Positions 34,955 to 40,799 of a DNA stretch of 40,799 nt are shown in pieces. The translations under genes were made by a program, and so were the position numbers. The notes under the pieces are model-generated. The model did not search any database. It was not told where the DNA came from and saw nothing but the letters and a program-made list of their open reading frames with translations. Source of the stretch: a virus (taxonomy: Duplodnaviria > Caudoviricetes); the IMG/VR virus record IMGVR_UViG_3300012232_000026, positions 1-40,799 of that record, one strand, 5' to 3'. Position 1 is the stretch's first letter. The number at the start of each line of letters is the position of its first letter.

Positions 34955-34967
34955 ACATGGGGGTCGC

Positions 34968-35939
34968 ATGACGTTCATCAATTACGGCGAGATCACCGTC
35001 GCACAAAAGCTGCTGGTCGATCCGCTGGCGGTCGCGGGATCGGACGCTTTTCTGGGAGGGTTCCGCTACGTCGTACCCAGCAACGCGCTGCGCGTCGCTG
35101 ACGGCACGATTCCGGTCGTGTTCCACGGCGGGCTGGGCTTCACCGCCGACGGACGCCTGTGCGTGCAGTCCGGTCCCATGCCGATCACGTCGTACGTCAA
35201 CGGACTCGCCATGACCACCACCGGACAGGTGCTGGTGGACAGCGCGTCGCCCCCGGTGTGGAGCGCGCACGGCTGGCCGATCAGCGCGCTGTCCAAGCTG
35301 TGCGTGGAAGGCGTGGTGCCGCCGTCCTCGGCGGTGGCGCACTTCCCCGGTGTCGCCGCCCCCGGCAATCAATTCATCGACACACCGACGACGTGGACTC
35401 CGGCGACGCAGTTCGCTATCGAATGGCAAGCCAAGTTCCTCGGCACGCCCGGCACGTCGTTCTACCCGATCTGCACGATGGGTTCCGCCACCCCGTCCGT
35501 CAACCTCTGCTACAACTCGTCCAACGGGTTCTACGAACTGCGGATCATCGACCCTACGAACAGCATTCAAGTCATGGCGTCCGCGACGCCGCCCGCGTTC
35601 AACGTGACGCCGATGTGGTTCCGTCTGCTGGCTACCATCGGCGGCAACTACGACTACTTCTCGTCGCCGGATCGCGTGGTGTGGACGCCGATGGGCAGCG
35701 TGACGAACCCGCTGGTGGTGTCGATCTCCACGCCGACGCAGCCGCTCAACGTCGGTGGTGGCGGCGCGTTCTACGCCTTCCAATCGTGGAAGGGCGACAT
35801 CGGGCGCGTGCAGGTGTGGACCGACATCGCCCGCACGGTGCAAGCCTTCGACATGGACCCGTCGAAGTGGGTTTCCGGCACGACGTTCGTGAGCGGTGGG
35901 GCGACCTACACGCTGACGGGCGGCGTGACCATTTCGTAG
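34968..35939 (+). CDS. Virion accessory protein with LamG/concanavalin-like C-terminal domain
   Basis: N-terminal GGLGFTADGRL repeats; C-terminal PLNVGG..WKGDIGRVQVW beta-sandwich pattern. Confidence 0.55.
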   Translation: MTFINYGEITVAQKLLVDPLAVAGSDAFLGGFRYVVPSNALRVADGTIPVVFHGGLGFTADGRLCVQSGPMPITSYVNGLAMTTTGQVLVDSASPPVWSAHGWPISALSKLCVEGVVPPSSAVAHFPGVAAPGNQFIDTPTTWTPATQFAIEWQAKFLGTPGTSFYPICTMGSATPSVNLCYNSSNGFYELRIIDPTNSIQVMASATPPAFNVTPMWFRLLATIGGNYDYFSSPDRVVWTPMGSVTNPLVVSISTPTQPLNVGGGGAFYAFQSWKGDIGRVQVWTDIARTVQAFDMDPSKWVSGTTFVSGGATYTLTGGVTIS

Positions 35940-35963
35940 TCAAAACAACACAGGAGTGCCGCG

Positions 35964-36536
35964 ATGCAAATGAATGCCCCCGCAGTCATGGACGCCCCCC
36001 AGCAAGACCCGGAGGACGCGAAGCTGTACGTTCAGTTCTACATGGGTGCGGTGGTGAACGACGAGAAGTCCGCCACCGAGGGACACCCCGTGTACGACTC
36101 CATCCCGTTCGTGAAGATTCTGGTGCCTGGCGACCGCAACACCACCATCGACACGCGCGCAGGCGAGTTGTATCCGCGTCGGTTCCCGATGCAATGGGCT
36201 GCGTTCAAGCGCAACGAGGACCAGGCGATCAGCGGCTTCCCGCTGCGCGAGTGGCCCGCTGTCACCCGCGCGCAGGCCGAGGAAATGGCGCACCTCAACG
36301 TCTACACCGTCGAGCAGCTGTCCACGCTGCCGGACGTGTACGGGTCGAAGCTGATGGGCTTCCAGGACTTGAAGCGCAAGGCGGAAACCTTCCTCGCTGC
36401 GGCGAAGGACAGCGCGTTCGTGGAGAAGGTGTCCGCCGAGAACGCAAACCTCAAGCTGCAACTCGACGCTACGCAGCAGGAACTCGCGCGCTTGAGCAAG
36501 GCGTTCGATGAATTCCAGAAAGGCAAGGGCAAGTAA
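35964..36536 (+). CDS. Conserved phage hypothetical protein (190 aa)
   Basis: SATEGHPVYD..FVKILVPGD, RFP.QW..F, G.PL.EWP, NVYTVEQL; C-terminal coiled coil. Confidence 0.7.
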   Translation: MQMNAPAVMDAPQQDPEDAKLYVQFYMGAVVNDEKSATEGHPVYDSIPFVKILVPGDRNTTIDTRAGELYPRRFPMQWAAFKRNEDQAISGFPLREWPAVTRAQAEEMAHLNVYTVEQLSTLPDVYGSKLMGFQDLKRKAETFLAAAKDSAFVEKVSAENANLKLQLDATQQELARLSKAFDEFQKGKGK

Positions 36537-37273
36537 TGTCCACCAACGGAACCGTCCTCTCGGTGTTGCAGGCTGCTGCGGCTGAAATGGCATTGCCAGA
36601 GTTCGGTTCCGCTGCGGGCAACATCCAGCAAATCCCGCAGCAACTGCTCGCGCTCTACAACCTCACCGGGACGATGCTGGTGCGGCGGCGCGTGTGGCGT
36701 CTGCTGTGGCGCACGTTCACGTTCGACGCGATTGCAGGGCAAGCGGCGTATCCGTTGCCGCCCGACTTCCAGCGTCCAATCTCGCAGACGGAGTGGGACC
36801 AGACGAATCGCTGGCCGCTGGTGGGGCCGGAGACTCCGCAGCAATGGCAATGGCTCAAGTCCGGCATCCTGTCCACCGGCCCGCGCGAACGCTTCCGGCT
36901 GATCGACAACACGATGGAGTTGTGGCCGGTGCCGGGTAGCGACACGGTGCCGCTGCCGGTGAAGATTTCCTATATGTACATCAGCAAGTGGTGGGTGGAG
37001 TCCGCGGACGGACAGCCGAAGCTGAAGGCCGACCGCGACGACGACACCTGCGTGTTCCCCGACGTGCTGATGGCGACCGGCGTGAAGCTGCGCTACTACC
37101 AAGCCAAGGGCTTCGACACCACCGCGTTCGCGGCAGACTTCCAGAACAACCTGGACGACGCGCTGTCGCAGGACGGCGGTGCGCCGATCCTGTCGCTAGC
37201 GCGCAGCGTGAACTACCCGCTGATCTCGGTGTGGAATCTTCAAGACGGCAACTTCCCGGGGCCGACCTCGTAA
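36536..37273 (+). CDS. Head-tail adaptor / tail tubular protein A-like
   Basis: YPLPPDF, WDQTNRWPLVGP motifs; position before the large tail protein. Confidence 0.7.
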   Translation: MSTNGTVLSVLQAAAAEMALPEFGSAAGNIQQIPQQLLALYNLTGTMLVRRRVWRLLWRTFTFDAIAGQAAYPLPPDFQRPISQTEWDQTNRWPLVGPETPQQWQWLKSGILSTGPRERFRLIDNTMELWPVPGSDTVPLPVKISYMYISKWWVESADGQPKLKADRDDDTCVFPDVLMATGVKLRYYQAKGFDTTAFAADFQNNLDDALSQDGGAPILSLARSVNYPLISVWNLQDGNFPGPTS

Positions 37274-38844
37274 TGGTTCGCCAGTCTAACCTCGCCAAGC
37301 GCGTGCAGCGGGTCAGCACGCAGCAGACGATGGCTTCCCCGGTGGGAGGTCTGAACGCGCTCAACTCGCTCGCGGAGATGCCGCCGACGCAGGCGGTGGA
37401 GATGGTCAACCTGTTCCCGCAGCAGTTCGGGTGCCGCGTGCGGAAGGGTTGGAACAAGCACGCCACCGGCCTGCCAGGTCTGGTCGAGTCGCTGTTCACC
37501 TACTCATCCGCGTTGAACACGCAGAAGCTGTTCGCCATCGCGGGCACGAACCTGTACGACGTTTCGACTGCGGGCGCGGTGGGTGCGCCGCTGCTGGTCG
37601 GGTTCATCAACAACCGCTGGCAGCATCAGATGATGGTCAACCAGTTCGGCAGTTTCCTGTCGATGGTGAACGGCTTTGATCTGCCGCAGAAGTACAACGG
37701 GGCGACGTGGACGAACCAGACGATGACGCCCGAGGCGGGCGAAACGCTGGACATCCGCAACCTCATCAGCGTCACGCTGTCGCACCGCCGCCTGTGGTAC
37801 GTCGAGAAGAACAGCGGCAACGCGTGGTATCTCGACATCGACGCCATCGAAGGCGTGCTGACGCGGTTCGGCGTGGGTGAAGTGTTCAAGCAAGGTGGGA
37901 GCCTGCGTGAAATCATCACCTGGTCCGTCGATAGCGGTTCTGGTATGCGTGACCAGACTATCTTCATTTCAAGCATGGGCGATGTCGTGGTCTACCAAGG
38001 GTATGACCCCGACGACATTGCCAACTGGAATCTCTCTGGCGTCTATCGCTGCGGTGCGCCGATTGGTCAGCGCTGCGCGATCAAGTACGGTTCCGACGTA
38101 CTCATTCTGTGCGAGGACGGCGTTCTTCCGCTCACGGCGATCCTTGGACAGTCGAAGGCGATCCTCGGTGAGCCGCTATCGAACATCATTCAACTCCGGT
38201 TGAGCGGCGACATCTCGCTGTTCCGTCCGTTGTTCGGCTGGGAGATGCTGCTGCTCGACCGGCATCAAATGCTGATCGTCAACGTGCCGGACCCGGCGGG
38301 CCAACGCCAGTACGTTATGAATACGGTGACGGACGCGTGGACGCAGTTCACCGGCTATCTCGGCGTGTGCCTGGAGAAATTCAACGAGGAGTTCTACTAC
38401 GGCGCGACCAACTACGTCGGCGCGGGCTGGGCCAACGACGTTGACGACATGCAGGCCAACGGCAACGGGCTCGCCATCAACGCGAAGTGCCTGCAAGCCT
38501 ACAGCTTCTTCGGGTCGCCCGCGTTGCAGAAGCATTGGACGCTGGTGCGCCCGATCTTCAACGCGGTGAAGCGCCCGTTGGTGTTCATCGGCATGAACAC
38601 CGATTTCGACATTGAGGACAACACGCCGCCGCTCGCCAACTTGGAAGCGCAGGCGAACGTGGCTCTGTGGAACGTGGCGATTTGGGACGACGACTTCTGG
38701 TCTACCGCGCGGCAGACGTACACGGATTGGTTCGGGTTGAACGACATCGGCTTCGCGGGCGCGGCGTACCTGCGGATGCAGACCAGCGCGGAAACGTATT
38801 GGGTGTCCACCGACTTCGTGTTCGAGTCCGGGGGCGTGCTGTGA
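37273..38844 (+). CDS. Tail tubular protein B / DNA stabilisation protein (523 aa)
   Basis: TAATG start; SPVGGLNA, beta-propeller-like composition, C-terminal LWNVAIWDDDFW and FESGGVL. Confidence 0.75.
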   Translation: MVRQSNLAKRVQRVSTQQTMASPVGGLNALNSLAEMPPTQAVEMVNLFPQQFGCRVRKGWNKHATGLPGLVESLFTYSSALNTQKLFAIAGTNLYDVSTAGAVGAPLLVGFINNRWQHQMMVNQFGSFLSMVNGFDLPQKYNGATWTNQTMTPEAGETLDIRNLISVTLSHRRLWYVEKNSGNAWYLDIDAIEGVLTRFGVGEVFKQGGSLREIITWSVDSGSGMRDQTIFISSMGDVVVYQGYDPDDIANWNLSGVYRCGAPIGQRCAIKYGSDVLILCEDGVLPLTAILGQSKAILGEPLSNIIQLRLSGDISLFRPLFGWEMLLLDRHQMLIVNVPDPAGQRQYVMNTVTDAWTQFTGYLGVCLEKFNEEFYYGATNYVGAGWANDVDDMQANGNGLAINAKCLQAYSFFGSPALQKHWTLVRPIFNAVKRPLVFIGMNTDFDIEDNTPPLANLEAQANVALWNVAIWDDDFWSTARQTYTDWFGLNDIGFAGAAYLRMQTSAETYWVSTDFVFESGGVL

Positions 38845-39290
38845 AGCAAATCGTCATCAACTGCGAGGAGTTGGTGTCGCCGTTCATGGAGCAGCATTGC
38901 CACTCGCACGGCGCGTTCACCGCCGGACGCGGCATCGGCCTGACGGACGACGGACAACTGATCGCCGCCTGCTGGTACGACTCATGGAACGGCGTGAACC
39001 TCAACATGCACGTCGCGGCGCTGCCGGGCCGTCGGTGGATGACGCGCGACTTCCTGTACACGGTGTTCGACTACCCGTTCCGTGTGTGCGGTGTGCGACG
39101 TATCACCGGGCTGGTGTCGGCGTCGAACCACGACGCGCGCCGGTTCGATGAGCATATCGGCTTCAAGCTGGAAGCGACGCTTAAGGACGCGGCACCGGAC
39201 GGTGACTTGCTGGTGTACGCGATGTTCAAACCGGAATGCAAATGGCTGAACCTGCGGCGCGGGTTGCCACCGATCATAGGAGCGCATTGA
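38841..39290 (+). CDS. GNAT-family acetyltransferase
   Basis: FDYPF..CGVRRITGLVSASN..ARRFDEHIGFKLEATL (N..A..F...GF GNAT motif); GTGA overlap. Confidence 0.85.
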   Translation: MKQIVINCEELVSPFMEQHCHSHGAFTAGRGIGLTDDGQLIAACWYDSWNGVNLNMHVAALPGRRWMTRDFLYTVFDYPFRVCGVRRITGLVSASNHDARRFDEHIGFKLEATLKDAAPDGDLLVYAMFKPECKWLNLRRGLPPIIGAH

Positions 39291-39291
39291 C

Positions 39292-39891
39292 ATGGGTGGT
39301 TCAGCGAAGCAACTCAAGCCTCACAACAACCTGCCGGGCATGAACGGCAACAGCCTCAACCCGTTGAAGGTTTCGCCGGGGCCGGGCATTCCGGCACCGA
39401 TGGACATGCCGGGGATGCCGGGCGGCAGCTTCAACCCGATGACCCAACTGCGGCAACTGCCGGGTATGGGCGGCGGTGGGCAGGACGCGGTGCAGGAAGA
39501 AGCGCAGCGGCTGCGGGCGGGTATGCCCGCGCAGATGCCGGGGCAATTGCCCGCAGGCATGATGCAGGCCGGGATGGATGCGATGCAGGGTATGCAGTCC
39601 GCCGACAAGATGCAGCGGCTGGGCAGCGCCCCTGTGAGCAGCTTGATGGGCGGCGCACAGACAGCGATGGCCGGTGGTGCGCCGCAGATGCCAGCGGCTC
39701 CGGTACTCGACCCGGCGAGCCAGATCGCGCAGGGACTCGGTGGCGCGCAGTCGCTGGCGGGCACCGCAGCGGCCAACGAGTTCACGCCGGGGCGCGGCAC
39801 GGGCGGCGGCGGCGGTAGGAAGGCGATGCAGCAGGCGCTCAACCCACGGCAGGCGGCGAAGATGGCGGCGAAGCTGGGCGGCGGTAGCTAG
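39292..39891 (+). CDS. Low-complexity Gly/Met/Pro/Gln-rich protein (199 aa)
   Basis: ORF in operon; starts MGGSAK, ends KLGGGS. Confidence 0.6.
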   Translation: MGGSAKQLKPHNNLPGMNGNSLNPLKVSPGPGIPAPMDMPGMPGGSFNPMTQLRQLPGMGGGGQDAVQEEAQRLRAGMPAQMPGQLPAGMMQAGMDAMQGMQSADKMQRLGSAPVSSLMGGAQTAMAGGAPQMPAAPVLDPASQIAQGLGGAQSLAGTAAANEFTPGRGTGGGGGRKAMQQALNPRQAAKMAAKLGGGS

Positions 39892-39900
39892 GAGAGCAAC

Positions 39901-40671
39901 ATGGGTCAGCAACAGCAGAAGGGCGCGACACCACCGCCGGTCAGTTCTTCGACGGCGGGCCTGCCTGCGCCGCCGTTGCAGCCGCCATCCGCGCAGTCGT
40001 CGTATGCGCCGCAACCGGCGAACGCGCAGCCGACGAACCCGAATCCGCCCGCGCTGCCGGAGCAAGGCGCGAACGTGGCGGGCGACGTGTGGGCACCCGG
40101 TACCGGACCGTCCGGTGGGTACAACGGATACGGTGGGGGCAAGTCGAGCAAGGGCGCTACGCCGCCGCAGATGGGCGGGGCTAACGGACAGGGCGGACAG
40201 CCTGGTGGCACACCGCAGTCGCAGTCGCCGCAGCAGCAACCTAACGCTCCGGTGCAGCAGATCAAGGCGACCGTGGGGCAGGGCGATCCGAACGGCGCGA
40301 AGAACTGGCAGTCGTTCCAATTCCAAGACACGTCGCACCCGTACGCGCAGCAGTTCAACCAACTGATGCAGACGAAGGGGCCGGGCGCTGCCTACGACTT
40401 CATCCTCAACAAAGATGGCGGGCAGGGTCGCACGTTCCTCGAAAATGCGTGGGGCGGTATGGGCGACGAGAACCCCGAAGCCAAGGAAACGTACAAGAAG
40501 CTGGTCAACACGATGGGCGGGCAGGGCAACGCACTCGGGCTGGCCGATCAGGATTACTACGGGCTGATGCGGCAGACGGCGCAGGGTCAGCGGGTCGGCG
40601 CGCGGGTTGCCGCGCGTAAGGCTGCGCGTCCCGCAGGCTGGGTCGGACCCAACAAGAAGGGTGGTGCGTGA
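39901..40671 (+). CDS. Low-complexity Gln/Pro/Gly-rich protein (256 aa)
   Basis: AGGAG RBS; starts MGQQQQKGATPP, internal GGGKSSKGATPP, ends KKGGA. Confidence 0.6.
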   Translation: MGQQQQKGATPPPVSSSTAGLPAPPLQPPSAQSSYAPQPANAQPTNPNPPALPEQGANVAGDVWAPGTGPSGGYNGYGGGKSSKGATPPQMGGANGQGGQPGGTPQSQSPQQQPNAPVQQIKATVGQGDPNGAKNWQSFQFQDTSHPYAQQFNQLMQTKGPGAAYDFILNKDGGQGRTFLENAWGGMGDENPEAKETYKKLVNTMGGQGNALGLADQDYYGLMRQTAQGQRVGARVAARKAARPAGWVGPNKKGGA

Positions 40672-40799
40672 TGGGCGGCAAATCTTCGGCACCACCCCCG
40701 GTTGACTACGCCGCTGCTGCCAAACAGCAGGGCGCGGCCAACAAGGAAACGGCGCTGCTGGAATGGCAACTGAACAACGCCAACCAGATCACGCCGGAC
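40671..40799 (+). CDS. N-terminal 43 codons of the ejection/pilot protein (continues at base 31)
   Basis: TGATG start; MGGKSSAPPPVDYAAAAKQQGAANKETALLEWQLNNANQITPD joins LNNTNQITPDG... at the window start. Confidence 0.8.
   Translation, partial: MGGKSSAPPPVDYAAAAKQQGAANKETALLEWQLNNANQITPD

Noticed and set aside
1-40799. Genome-wide stop-codon reassignment
   Set aside because: Core genes are intact in the standard code, and TGA, TAG and TAA all end genes with normal stop/start overlaps
1-40799. Integrase/att site, CI-like repressor, tRNA genes
   Set aside because: No recombinase motifs, clear HTH repressor or cloverleaf recognised by eye; absence needs HMM and tRNAscan confirmation

Overview
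The window is an apparently complete, circularly permuted ~40.8-kb high-GC tailed dsDNA phage genome of podovirus-like layout. The last 30 nt match the first 30 nt (2 mismatches) and one gene reads in frame across the junction. The plus strand (27.4 kb to the end, then 1 to 11.2 kb) carries terminase, portal, scaffold, major capsid, decoration, tail tube/adaptor proteins and a GNAT. It continues with ejection-type proteins interrupted by a SAM methyltransferase and a CysH/PAPS-reductase-family enzyme, then a tail fibre, an Ig-like protein, and an envelope cassette (two lipoproteins, a 2-TM protein, a PEP-CTERM protein). The minus strand (11.2-26.6 kb) carries primase-helicase, SNF2 helicase, VRR-NUC, PD-(D/E)XK nuclease, family A DNA polymerase, an SSB-like protein, ParB-like and HicA-like genes, and many small early genes. 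I recognised no integrase, repressor, tRNA, CRISPR array or endolysin. The most notable observations are: (1) a shared TGACCT-N14-CCTTCGGG element at the stops of the capsid and tail-fibre genes, each in frame with an accessory gene (candidate UGA readthrough); (2) three modifying enzymes coupled to the ejection-protein genes; (3) a phage-borne PEP-CTERM protein; (4) an early region almost devoid of GATC and GAAG/CTTC. All family calls are by-eye motif recognition and synteny; no database searches were run.
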